Assembly: GCA_051294375.1 (NCBI GenBank) | Contig: JBJCIZ010000239.1 | Coordinates: forward strand, 1-26,719 | Length of the DNA stretch: 26,719 bases | Direction of reading: 5' to 3' | Origin: Paraspadella gotoi | Lineage: Eukaryota > Animalia > Chaetognatha | In this document: positions 1 through 10,618 of the stretch, piece by piece | Position numbering within the stretch: position 1 is the stretch's first letter | Layout of the letters: each line of letters opens with the position of its first letter | Program-made: the position numbers and the translations under genes | The notes under the pieces: model-generated | Database searches by the model: none | What the model was told of the DNA's origin: nothing | Seen by the model: the letters and a program-made list of their open reading frames with translations, nothing else

Positions 1-211
1 GGGTAAGTTTGAGTAAGGATGGGTGAGAAGTGGTAAAGAATGATAAAAACAATGTGAGAGAAAGAGAATAAAAAACTTGAAAACCCGACGGTGTGACCAT
101 CTCACGAGATTTGGCCAAACTTCAAGATACTAAGGCGAGTCTCAACCTTTGTAAAATAACCGAGCACTTCTTTAGGCAACTCCCCAGTCTCCAAATTGCC
201 TTACCACTAGC

Positions 212-223
212 AGTCACGTGACT
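212..223. promoter_or_regulatory. Perfect palindrome AGTCACGTGACT containing an E-box/CLEAR-type motif GTCACGTGAC (also 2530-2541)
   Basis: Motif is seen directly. No linked gene or promoter context, and it is altered in copy B (~13937). Function is unsupported. Confidence 0.15.
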
Positions 224-583
224 AAACTGCCGTCTCACGATTGCTCTGTTTAACATTTAATTAAAAGCTTTATTTTAAAGCTCAAATTTTGATAAATTTT
301 CGGCAACCCGTCTTGCAATAATTGGTTTGCCATATTTTTCTCTTTCTATATAAAAAAAAATTACTTTTGACGTCCACAACGATTTCCTACTACGTTTCCC
401 AAAATATAAATTTAATTTAGAAAAAAATAAAAATCTCAAAATTTTCGTTCAGCCTTAGTTAATTTTTTTTGAGTAAATGATTAATTTAAATTAAATTGCA
501 CTTACATGAGCAAACGACATGGCTAATGCGTAAAATGACAATAAATCAAACACAACGTAAATGAAATTATATTTAGCACTGGA

Positions 584-633
584 ACGACGACAACGACGAC
601 GACGACGACGACGAGGACGACGACGTCAACGAC
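584..633 (+). repeat. (GAC)n microsatellite
   Basis: Imperfect ACG/GAC run; equivalent at ~14328-14375. Confidence 0.9.
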
Positions 634-910
634 CCCTTTAGTGGGAAGAAGTCAGTTAAATAACCATAGAACTGACAACGATTAAGAAATAAAAACCGAA
701 CGATTTGATATAACTCAGTTTCGAGCTCATAATTGGATGAGCCTCCGCCCCCTTAACCGCCGCCGACGGTGCCGCTGCTGCTGCCGCCGCTGCCGCCGCC
801 GTCGACCCTGATACGGCCGCTGCCGCCAGAATTTAATAGGAGGCGGCATCCGTGGCCTCTTGTTGCTGAGATGCGCTTGCAAATCCGGACTGCGACCGAT
901 GGTCTTCGAT

Positions 911-926
911 AGAGAGAGAGAGAGGA

Positions 927-992
<66 letters not shown>

Positions 993-1094
993 CAAAGGAC
1001 AATCATACAAGGTAGATCCCATAGTTATGCAATCACGTTCTCTCGCTCTCGATCTGCGGAATTGGAAAGGAAAAAAAAACTGAGGTTTTATTAT

Positions 1095-1157
<63 letters not shown>
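911..1157. repeat. (GA)n 911-992 and complementary (CT)n 1094-1157 flanking a ~100-bp spacer
   Basis: Seen directly; same arrangement at ~14670-14930. Confidence 0.9.
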
Positions 1158-1497
1158 ATAATTACCGATGCTTTCGATTCGCCAGGGAAATGCATCGTTT
1201 GACGGCGCCGCCGCTGCTGCCGCTGCTGCCGCGGGTTTTTTTCGCTGCGGCGGATCGCTGCGGAGCGCAGTGGCGCCTCGAGTTAATCTCGTTATGATAA
1301 GGTAGACCGGATATGTCGGACCCCGCAGCTCAGTTAGTGGGGGGGGGAGGTGCAGGAGGGTGAGGGGAAATGGGTTAAGGGGGTAGCGATGGAAGTGGTA
1401 ACAATTAAGGGGAAGGTTGATGGAGGGGGTTGATTACTTTCTTCCGGGGGGGGAGGACTCGGTTAAAGGCAGCCGATGAGTTAGAAGTATCTTTCTG

Positions 1498-1680
1498 TTT
1501 TTTTTTCCGTCGGCCCACCGAAATTGAACGAGGGGCGTGTCCAGTCTCAGTGCCTTCCACACCCAGAATTCCATCCTCGCCCCTTTCCTCCATGCTGGGC
1601 CGCTACCGCACCCTGCCGCTGGCGCCTTGCCGCGCGGCTGCGGCTGCGTGGCGCTGCCCGCGCTGCGCCGGCAGCCGCCG
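1498..1680 (+). repeat. Noisy displaced copy of segment ~13340-13520
   Basis: Shared strings: GAGG(G)GCGTGTCC, CCTTCCACACCCAGAA, TCCATCC, GCTGGG(A)CCGCT.CCGCACC. Confidence 0.8.
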
Positions 1681-2167
1681 ACAGCGGAAAAGCCTAGAGC
1701 ACACTCAATGTGAATCAAATGGATGATACTTCAACGAGATATTAACGCAAGTGAGAAAACATTTTTGATGGTGGCTCTTTACCCAAAAATTATTTTTAAT
1801 ATATATGAAAGCCAAATTAATAAAGGTAAGACAACCAGAAACTAATACAATAATAATCCAAAGAAAGAAAACAAAACCATCTGCGCATCTATAATCAGAT
1901 ACACCACTAACGAAGAATGACTTAATTTATTCTAATAAACAACCCCTGCTCTATCAGAATCCATCAAAAAAATTTTCAGATTTCAAAAGAAAAAAAAATT
2001 ATAATGGTTAAAAAAGAAAAGTGATATAGTGATTATTAATTCGAGACGTATATAGAAATTTTTTTTGAAAATGATGTTATATGAATATTTAGCAAAGACA
2101 ACTAGAAAGAATACTTTTCTAATAGGTCGAGAATTTTAATATTACTCATAGAGTTGGGTCTCCTACA

Positions 2168-2670
2168 TCTAACGGATTTCTTTTTTCTTTCTTTTTTTTG
2201 CGGCGGTCAGAGGATTATAATAGATTGTGGCAGAATCGAGTTGGTGAGGGCAGGTGAAAGGTTAGTGATGGGGTTTTGGGTGAGGGGGTGAGGGTAAAAA
2301 TAGGGGGGGTGGGATTGTGAGTTAAGTTTGAGTAAGGATGGGTGAGAAGTGGTAAAGATGAATAAAAACAATGTGAGAGAAGAGAATAAAAAACTTTGAA
2401 AACCCGACGCTGTGACCATCTCACGAGATTTGGCCAAACTTCAAGATACTAAGGCGATCTCAACTTTGTAAAATAACCGAGCACTTCTTTAGGCAACTCC
2501 CCAGTCTCCAAATTGCCCTTACCACTAGCAGTCACGTGACTAAACTGCCGTCTCACGATTGCTCTGTTTAACATTTAATTAAAAGCTTTATTTTAAAAGC
2601 TCAAATTTTGATAAATTTTACGGCAACCCGTCTTGCAATAATTGTTTTGCCTTATTTTTCTCTTTCTATA
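2168..2670 (+). repeat. Third copy of a ~500-bp segment (others: 1-350 partial, ~13555-14070)
   Basis: Near-identical from TCTAACGGATTT to TTTTTCTCTTTCTATA. Confidence 0.93.
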
Positions 2671-3060
2671 TGGATGGGTCAGCGTATCGAAAGAGTTGAA
2701 CGCCCAGGAAAGAGCGAGTTGGTTGAATCGGCGATGACGAACCGCGCTTGCCTCAGGGAGGACAGGGTAGTTCTATGATGGTGGGGTGGAGCGGACACGT
2801 GGCGTCGATAGGACGCCAAGATGAGGCGAGTGCGGACGCAAATTGAATTAGGGAATTGCGGTGGCAAGCGGAGACACGACGACGACGACGAATCACAGCT
2901 GAAGGAAATTTGTCGTGATCCAGAGATGAGGGGGGGGGGAAAGGAAGAAGACGAGGTGGAAAGGAGAAAGAAGGAGAGAAGGGTTTGTGAGAGGCGGAGA
3001 AGGAGAGAGGGAATTTAAGGGAAAGAAGCAGAGAAAAATGTGAAGGCAGAGAAGGAAAGA

Positions 3061-3329
3061 ACAGAAAGTTGATTCAATTCGATAAGAGACAAGGATAGAA
3101 AGACACCAATAGAGACATAGAGAAAAGAAGGAAAATAAAAGAAAAGCCAGAAAGTCAATTCGATTCGATAAGAGATGAGGATAGAAAGACACCAATAGAG
3201 ACATAGGAAAAAGAAGGGAAATAACAGAAAGCCCAGAAAGTCGATTCGATACGATCGCAGAGAAGGATAGAAAGACACCAATAGAGACATAGGAAAAAGA
3301 AGGGAAATAACAGAAAGCCCAGAAAGTCG
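3061..3329 (+). repeat. 86-bp minisatellite, ~3 units
   Basis: GACACCAATAGAGACATAG at 3102, 3188 and 3274. Confidence 0.93.
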
Positions 3330-4680
3330 TTCCCTCGTCCAACTCCGAGTCTGTTTATGGCGAAAAATTCCCCAATAAAGTAAACAGCCTTTCGAGATTC
3401 ATGGACCAAATTCCCAATCCCAGAAGGGTAAAGGGGGTAAGGGCACATTTTTTACTCACCCTCATCGATCCTCAGTTTCTTAAGAGCCTCATCATTTTCC
3501 GTCTCCCTCTCTCTCTTTTTTTTCTGTGAGACTCAGCGTTTTTCTTTTCACTCTTCACAAATTCTTTTTTTTTTAAATGTTCAGCAGTTTTTACTCTGAT
3601 GTAAAAAAATTAGGCTGGCGATTTTTTTAAATGTTTTAGTATTTGTAAATGTTTAGTCTTTTTTTCCTTTTTTTTTCAGTGACATTCTCTTTGAAAGGAA
3701 AAGTTTTACGATTATAATTATTCAATTTCAAGTTTTTTAAACATCTGAACAGAAGCCATCCCTTATTTCTAATCACAACAACAACAACGACAACCACAAC
3801 AACAACGACGACAATCTAGACGCCGAACGATAACATCGGCGAGATAATTAAAAATTCTAGGGGCGAAACGAAGGAGAAAAACAAAGTGGAGAGAGAGATC
3901 GGAGACGTAGCACCGATAAGTCTATAAGGTTGTTCATTTGTTTTTATAAGCCTCATTCAGAGCCTAATTTGCGTATTTTTTTTAATCCTAAAAACGTGAA
4001 TGAAAATAATATTTTACTAACTAGTACTTAAAAGCATGAAACATATTAAAACAAACCTGACAAATTTCTACCAAAAAAATCTTAGCCGTTTAAACAGATG
4101 GCCATAATCAATTTTAGTCATTGGCGTCTTGCAAAAAAAAAAAATTATTTTAATTCTCAGCTATGAACATGAAAATTTGGAATTAAGGTTTTGGAACATC
4201 TCAAGCGATCAAATTCATCATTCGCCATCAAAAGGACTTTTAGTTCCAGGAATCGGAGAGACGGAAACTCAGGCTCAGGATTTTCGTTTCAGTCGCTGAA
4301 GTTTGAAATCATAAATTTTGACTTTTGAAATTTATTTCTTTTCGACTCTCGACAGGAAGGATAATTAGGAAAAGGAGTAGTTTTCTCTTTTCTTAATTTT
4401 TTTTTTGTGCCATCAGAATAGTTTAAAAAAAAAGTTTATCCGAGTACGTACTGACTTTTATTAAATACATCTATTTTTAAGATTTTAGTATGCTTAAAAA
4501 TTTGTTACGCGTTGAATAAAATTAAAAAAGGAGATTTTTAGAATTTAGAATAGTGGTATTAAAATTAAGCTGATAACCTGGATGCCCGTACAAAGCCCTA
4601 GGGCGAAACCGCATTTTATTTTTTTTCGGAACTCGGCAGCGTCCTGCGTGCAGACGACCGGAGAGAGAGAGAGAGAGAGA

Positions 4681-4946
4681 NNNNNNNNNNNNNNNNNNNN
4701 NNNNNNNNNNNNNNNNNNNNNNNNNNNNNNNNNNNNNNNNNNNNNNNNNNNNNNNNNNNNNNNNNNNNNNNNNNNNNNNNNNNNNNNNNNNNNNNNNNNN
4801 NNNNNNNNNNNNNNNNNNNNNNNNNNNNNNNNNNNNNNNNNNNNNNNNNNNNNNNNNNNNNNNNNNNNNNNNNNNNNNNNNNNNNNNNNNNNNNNNNNNN
4901 NNNNNNNNNNNNNNNNNNNNNNNNNNNNNNNNNNNNNNNNNNNNNN
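4681..4946. other. Assembly gap (266 N)
   Basis: N run; the equivalent sequence is present in copy B at ~18090-18283. Confidence 0.99.
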
Positions 4947-5327
4947 AATGGATTTTAGAGATGGCGCGGAGAGCTTCAATCGCTCTCACCGTATGTTTGT
5001 TTGTTTACGTTTTATTTGTTTGATAAAACGGAAGCATAGGGAGAGGAAGGTGTAGGAACTTTCGAAACATTTGTGTCGTCATAATTATTTTGACAACAAG
5101 GGAACCGAAAGAAATCAATTGAAAAAAAAATGTTATTTTCCGATAGAGCAGGTACAACGAAAAAAGTTAATGCGAAATTATTTTTAGATTTAAATAGGCC
5201 CACTAAGACAAAGTCTGGCACACACACTCTCTCTCCCTTTTATATCATATGATTTATATTTTTAATTAAAGAAACTCCGATAAACACCCAGTATGATTAA
5301 TGTTAAATGAATGAGAGAAGAAAGAGT

Positions 5328-5382
<55 letters not shown>

Positions 5383-5557
5383 TATAAAAAAAGAGAGAGA
5401 ATATAATCTTGATCAAGGCGCGAACCGGGAGAAAGCGCCCTCAGTGGTAAAGTCACCAGTTACTATTCTTAACTCGATTACGAAAAAGACTCAATCGGAG
5501 AGAGAAGTTAGTTTTTGGAGAGAGGGAGGAAGGGAGGGAAGGAGGGAATGAAGGAGG

Positions 5558-5735
5558 NNNNNNNNNNNNNNNNNNNNNNNNNNNNNNNNNNNNNNNNNNN
5601 NNNNNNNNNNNNNNNNNNNNNNNNNNNNNNNNNNNNNNNNNNNNNNNNNNNNNNNNNNNNNNNNNNNNNNNNNNNNNNNNNNNNNNNNNNNNNNNNNNNN
5701 NNNNNNNNNNNNNNNNNNNNNNNNNNNNNNNNNNN
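5558..5735. other. Assembly gap (178 N)
   Basis: N run in a polypurine tract; copy B equivalent lies within 18910-19190. Confidence 0.99.
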
Positions 5736-6456
5736 NTTTTTTTTTCCTCCTCTCTCCCTCTTTCTCTCCCCTTCTCTCTCTTCTCACTTCATCTCTTCTT
5801 CTCGTCTCTCTCTCTCTCATCTCTCTCTCTCTCCCTCTTTGTCTCTCTCTCTCTCTCTCTTCCGTCTCTCTCCTCTCCTCTCTTCTCTCCTCTCATCCTC
5901 TCTCAGAGAGGGGAGGAAGAGGGAGAGAGGGGAGGGAAGAAGAAGAAGAGAAGGAGGAGGAAGAGAGGAAAGAGAAGGAAGGAGGGATGAAGGTTGGGGA
6001 GAGGAGAAGAGAAGAGAATGGAGAAGGAGGGAAGTAGAAGAGGAAAGGATGGGATAGTTTTCAAGATATAAATGCGAAATTTTAATAAAATGAATAAAAT
6101 GAAGAATGCTAAATAAATCAATGCAATATGTATGTAAATTATAATTAAGAAGGAATAAGAAATATCAACACCACGTATTTGTAATGTTCTATGACAAACT
6201 TTTGAAAAGTAAGTTAGTTTGACCTTTCTACTGCGGACGTGCGCATTGTGGAATATGATTTAAAAAATGGGACCTTTTATAAACGAGTATTAATCTATCG
6301 ATGAGCTTTGAATCACATACGACTCTCTCGACGTTCTCCTGGTGTTCTCCCACTGTTCTCCCACCAGGCAGCACAAGGAGAATCAGCTCTCTCGTCAAAC
6401 GACGTTTTTTCTCCTTTTGCGTTGAAGTTAAAAGCGCATTGTGTTTTTCCCCCTTT

Positions 6457-6866
6457 NNNNNNNNNNNNNNNNNNNNNNNNNNNNNNNNNNNNNNNNNNNN
6501 NNNNNNNNNNNNNNNNNNNNNNNNNNNNNNNNNNNNNNNNNNNNNNNNNNNNNNNNNNNNNNNNNNNNNNNNNNNNNNNNNNNNNNNNNNNNNNNNNNNN
6601 NNNNNNNNNNNNNNNNNNNNNNNNNNNNNNNNNNNNNNNNNNNNNNNNNNNNNNNNNNNNNNNNNNNNNNNNNNNNNNNNNNNNNNNNNNNNNNNNNNNN
6701 NNNNNNNNNNNNNNNNNNNNNNNNNNNNNNNNNNNNNNNNNNNNNNNNNNNNNNNNNNNNNNNNNNNNNNNNNNNNNNNNNNNNNNNNNNNNNNNNNNNN
6801 NNNNNNNNNNNNNNNNNNNNNNNNNNNNNNNNNNNNNNNNNNNNNNNNNNNNNNNNNNNNNNNNNN
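6457..6866. other. Assembly gap (410 N)
   Basis: N run; copy B equivalent ~19740-20360. Confidence 0.99.
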
Positions 6867-7055
6867 TCGTCGTTGTTCGTCGTTGTCATTCTTCGTTGTC
6901 GTTCGTCGTCGTCTTCGTCATTCGTCGTCTTTCATCATCGTCGTCGTCGTCGTCGCCATCGTCGTCAGGTGATTTGTTCTTTTTCCTCCAAATTTCCTTT
7001 TCAACGACCGGGAAAACGACGACGACGACGACGACGACGACGACAACGACGACGT
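6867..7055. repeat. Degenerate (GTC)n followed after ~50 bp by complementary (GAC)n
   Basis: GTC-rich 6867-6966 and (GAC)n 7016-7053; same layout at 20037-20570. Confidence 0.9.
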
Positions 7056-7094
7056 TGACTGCTCGACGATTATGGCGGACAACTTGAGACAAAG

Positions 7095-7196
7095 TGACAA
7101 AAGGGACGAAGATGACAAAAATGACAAAAGGGACGAAGATGACAAAAATGACAAAAGGGACGAAGATGACAAAAATGACGAAAGGGACGAAGATGA
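7095..7196 (+). repeat. 27-bp tandem repeat GACAAAAGGGACGAAGATGACAAAAAT, ~3.7 units
   Basis: Near-perfect units. It explains the 9-aa FVPFVIFVI periodicity in ORF 6886-7248. Noisy equivalent at ~20616-20714. Confidence 0.93.
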
Positions 7197-7235
7197 TATC
7201 GGGCATTGCAAGTTCATTCAGCCATAAGGCGTAAT

Positions 7236-7420
7236 ACCGTTGGCTCATTGAGTAAAGTCATCAGGTACCCGGATCGATCCCCGACGGTTCCTACCCTGTG
7301 GTAAGGATGTCCGTAGACCGCTTTGAGGCGTGTGGAAAAACCCTCAAGCTTGATTCCATGATCAAGAAACGAAATTTAGGTTTAGGCTAAGGCCAAGGCA
7401 AAAGGCTAAGGCAAAGGCAA
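7236..7420 (+). mobile_element. Putative tRNA-derived SINE-like element with (TAAGGC/AAAGGC)n tail, copy 1
   Basis: A-box-like TGGCTCATTGAG (7241) and B-box-like GGATCGATCCC (7271). Closing stem ACCGTTGG 7236-7243 / CCGACGGT 7281-7288. About 90-bp body, then hexamer tail from ~7385. No clear TSD. Confidence 0.5.
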
Positions 7421-8304
7421 AAAAGAGAGAGATTTAGATTAGATTAGGGATTAGGTTACTGATAGATAGAATTAGGGAATTAGGCTAGTGATAAAGGTTA
7501 GTAAACATGGTTTAAAAGGATAAAGATTAAAGGTTATGGAATTCGGTTAAGAGATTAGGTTAATGATTTAAGCCTACACTTCTAACGCTCTTAGAACTGT
7601 CTCTCTTTACTTCAAAAAATCCCCTAATTCCCCAGACGAGTCCGTCACATCGATGGAAATTAATTCGGAATCGACCCCCAAAAACCCGCGCTTAGCCAAC
7701 GCCACCCCCAACCCGGTCCCCCCTCCTCGCCCCCACCTTCCTCAAGACCCCAGGCGATTCGCCCCCCATTTTTCCCCCCAATCGTGACTTGCCAATTCGC
7801 CCCATTTTCATCCCGGCGGTCGAGCCGAGCCTCCTCGAATCCCCCGCTTCCCTTTGTTTCCAACCCTTTTATTTCTTCCACTTTCCCATTTTTCCAACTT
7901 CCTATTTTCCCACTTATTATCTTCCACATTTCCGTTATTCCACTTCCTATTTCCACCCCTTTTATCTTTCCACTTTCCACTTCATATTTTTCCACCCTTT
8001 ACTTTTCTATTTTCCGTTTTCCCGACTCCATTTCCACCTTCCCTTATCCTACAAAGCGGAGATATTGATTATTAATAGCACGCAGGAGAATCAACCAACC
8101 CAAAGCAGAATCGATCGAAGATTCGGGCGATTCCCGCGGAATCGGAATCGTCGAAATCATGATTGTCGAGGAAGAATCGTCAATGGACCAATCAGCTTGC
8201 AGAAGCAATGGAACTCGAAACAACTCTTGCCTTTCGATCCTCCTCTCTCGATATAATAGACCTTAGCCTTCCTTTAGTTTCAGTAGAATTGATTCTGCAA
8301 CTCC

Positions 8305-8697
8305 TCTGAAATTGTAACAACAATATAAAATTATCCATTCCATTTAATAAATTAGCTATCTCGACCCCCTGGATTAAGGCTTGGGTGGTTTAAAGCCTCC
8401 GTCACTCTACAAATAATGAAAAAGCTATACTGCAAGACTCTCTCAAGACGACTACAAAAGCACTGAGCCTGCCCTATTATTGAAGTGGTTTAACGTTTCA
8501 ATGAATGTTTTCAATTTAATGAATGAGACCACACTCCTTAAGTATAGATCGGAAGAATACTAATTGTACTCCGCAGAAAAAATATCAAGGAGCCTGAATT
8601 CTATGAAATTGGTACAACCAATATAAATTTATCCAATTCTTTCGATAAATGAACTATCTTGCCACGGACATATTAGACAGGCTATGGTGGTTTAACT
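8305..8697 (+). repeat. Degenerate ~90-bp direct repeat pair (8305-8395; 8601-8697)
   Basis: TGAAATTG..ACAAC(C)AATATAAA.TTATCCA ... ATAAAT...CTATCT ... GGTGGTTTAA occur in both, in the same order. Confidence 0.7.
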
Positions 8698-8896
8698 CTT
8701 CCCCTACTCGCTTCCGCTTTCCAAATCGCTCCCTCTTCCACCTTCTCCATTTCCCCATCCCCATTTCCCCTCACTTACGCCCGCCCGACGACAGACTTAC
8801 CCTCTCTCTCTCTCTCTCACGTACACGGATTCGGTCGCAACCTCGAAAGCCCAGCCCGTGACGAGGAACGCGATTCCACGAGGAAGAAAGTGGAAC

Positions 8897-9191
8897 CGGA
8901 TTTTTTTTTTTGGGGTGGGGTTCGTGGTAATGGCGAAGAAGATTTTTTTTTGTGGGGTTCGGTGGTATGGCGAGAGATTTTTTTGGGTGGGGTCGGTGGG
9001 TATGGCGAGAGATTTTTTTTGGGTGGGGTTCGGTGTATGGGCGAGAGATTTTTTTTGGGGTGGGGTCGGTGGTATGGCGAGAGATTTTTTTTGGGGTGGG
9101 GTTCGGTGGTTAAGGCGAGAGATTTTTTTGGGGTGGGGTTCGTGGTATGGGGAGAGATTTTTTTTTGGGTGGGGTTCGGTGGTATGGCGAG
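8897..9191 (+). repeat. ~37-bp G/T-rich minisatellite, 8 units (GAGA T7-11 GGGGTGGGGTTCGGTGGTATGGC)
   Basis: GATTTTT anchors at ~8899, 8941, 8976, 9011, 9047, 9083, 9121 and 9156. Confidence 0.93.
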
Positions 9192-9622
9192 GTCCCAGTC
9201 GATCCGCGGGTTTTGTCGGTTTTCGCGCGAAAAAAAAAATTACTGGTGCCTTTGGACTAGGTTTGGGTCGTTTTGTTAAAAAAAAAAAATGATACAGTTT
9301 TTCAGTGGCAGTTTAATGTGCAAGTCTAACAATAACTAATGCCAGTAAAATTCTGCGATTTAAACATCTGCCAATATTATAGTAATCTTATCAATTCTTC
9401 CTTCTCCCTCTTTCAATAGAACGCAAATCTACATTAGACGCGATGAACCGGTCTATTGAAAAAATTCACTATTTTAAAATTTCTTAATGTATTAATTACT
9501 AGGTCACTTAGCATGTTAATGCAGCAAATTAAAGCAAATCTCTTTTAAGCTCTCATGATACAGTTAAAACTTAGATGCCGAGAAAATTGAAAACAAAGAG
9601 AAGATTGGTCCATGTTACAAAG

Positions 9623-10618
9623 TAAGATGCGTTGAAAATACACAAAATATAACAAATCAAGTGAGGTACATTAGCTATATAGTGTAGTAGTCTGTAGAAT
9701 TCGGATGTGATGACCATTTTTTTGTAATAATTTATCTTTCTTGTTCGGAAATGGCGGTTTTTAATGTTTATAAATTGTTATATAAAATAGCAAAACCGCA
9801 ATTATAAGTTATGATAAATCAAATTATTAATTTTAAAAAATTATATGAGCTTTTTGAATAAAAAATAAAGACCTGTATAAAAATATTTGGGTAAGTTTTA
9901 TTTTTAAATTTTATGTTTTATAAAAAGTTAGTTAACTATATTTATTAATAATTAATGAGTAAAAATTTGGGCTAAAGTAAAAAAATAATAAATTTCAAAA
10001 ATTTTTTTTCATGATTTGCATTCTTTGGAAAAGTTGATATAAGAATATAATTTTATATCAAAATTATGTCTTAAGTTGTCAAAATTCAGAAAACTATAAT
10101 TTAACCAAAATTGAAAAAAATTAAAACCAAAAATATAGTTTTTATGAAATAATTTTTAACCTACTTAATGAAAGATTTTTTTAAATGGATATACTTCTTA
10201 TACTAACTTTTTGTAAGGAATTCAAACCGGTTTTAAAATTTAAAATTTTTATTTTTTCACTGTTAGCTTATTTTTTATATTATTTATTATAAATATAGTC
10301 TAACAAACTATTAATTAAAATATAAAATTTGTAAATTAAAACTTACCAAAATATTTATATGGGTCTTTATTTCTTATTATGTAGGTTAAATAGGTTTTTT
10401 CATAAAATCTTAATAATTTGAGTTTCCTTATACTCTAGCAATGTTTGCTCCATTTTAATAGAACTTATATGCTGCAAAAATCGCCATTTCCGACAAAGAA
10501 GATGAGGACTATACAAAAAAATGGTTATCATCATCGGAATTCTACAGACTTTATTAACTAAAATAGCTAATGTACCTCACTTGATTTGTTATATTTTCGT
10601 TATTTTTCAAACGCCCTA
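9623..10618. mobile_element. Non-autonomous palindromic (foldback/MITE-like) DNA transposon, hAT-like
   Basis: The two halves are reverse complements: AAAATATAACAAATCAAGTGAGGTACATTAGCTAT (~9644) vs ATAGCTAATGTACCTCACTTGATTTGTTATATTTT (10563). Matches continue inward to AAAACTATA / TATAGTTTT near 10090/10140. Exact 8-bp flanking repeat TTACAAAG at 9615-9622 and 10619-10626. The right terminus reads TAGGGCGTTTGAAAAA on the minus strand. An 8-bp TSD and a TAGGG start are hAT hallmarks. Confidence 0.85.

Larger units (their letters stand above)
1..7420 (+). repeat. Copy A of a ~7.4-kb duplicated block (truncated by window start)
   Basis: Colinear matches to copy B: 1-1458 ~ 13713-15240 and 2786-7420 ~ 15261-20935. 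Shared strings include GACCATCTC..GAGATTTGGCCAAACTT, CCCAATCCCAGAAGGGTAAAGGGGGTAAGGGCAC and GAGGCGTGTGGAAAAACCCTCAAG. Confidence 0.95.

Noticed and set aside
727-1022. ORFs rich in SL/ER/RRR (also 5330, 11247-12332, 14425-15148, 18005-19361, 19860-20741, 23699-24110)
   Set aside because: Translations of (GA)n, (GTC)n and polypurine tracts with no domain-like content.
2144-2156. 13-bp match ACTCATAGAGTTG to the Helentron-like end at 22137-22149, next to a rearrangement junction
   Set aside because: The match does not extend into the palindrome, and a 13-mer match is expected by chance in a window this size.
5434-5449. CTCF-like motif AGCGCCCTCAGTGG
   Set aside because: One base short of the consensus spacing in both copies, with no supporting context.
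5736-5903. Pyrimidine tract in copy A where copy B is polypurine (possible inversion)
   Set aside because: Adjacent to a gap, low complexity and does not align convincingly; probably a misassembly.
6228-6252. CTACTGCGGACGTGCGCATTGTGG, a quasi-palindrome resembling a transposon end
   Set aside because: No matching second terminus or TSD found.
4522-7087. Long ORFs containing X runs
   Set aside because: Open only because they cross N gaps.
7259-7265. CTGATGA on the minus strand (hammerhead ribozyme core)
   Set aside because: No GAAA or stem II at a suitable distance, and not conserved in copy B.
7236-7288. Functional tRNA gene
   Set aside because: Too short, with no anticodon arm and an imperfect T-loop.
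8897-9191. CRISPR-like array (also 11420-11720 and 3061-3329)
   Set aside because: No unique spacers, no cas genes, eukaryotic context.
7660-9230. Possible inverted repeat (AAAACCCGCG ~7682 vs CGCGGGTTTT ~9205) with C-rich and G-rich flanks
   Set aside because: Only ~10 bp of real identity; the rest is compositional.
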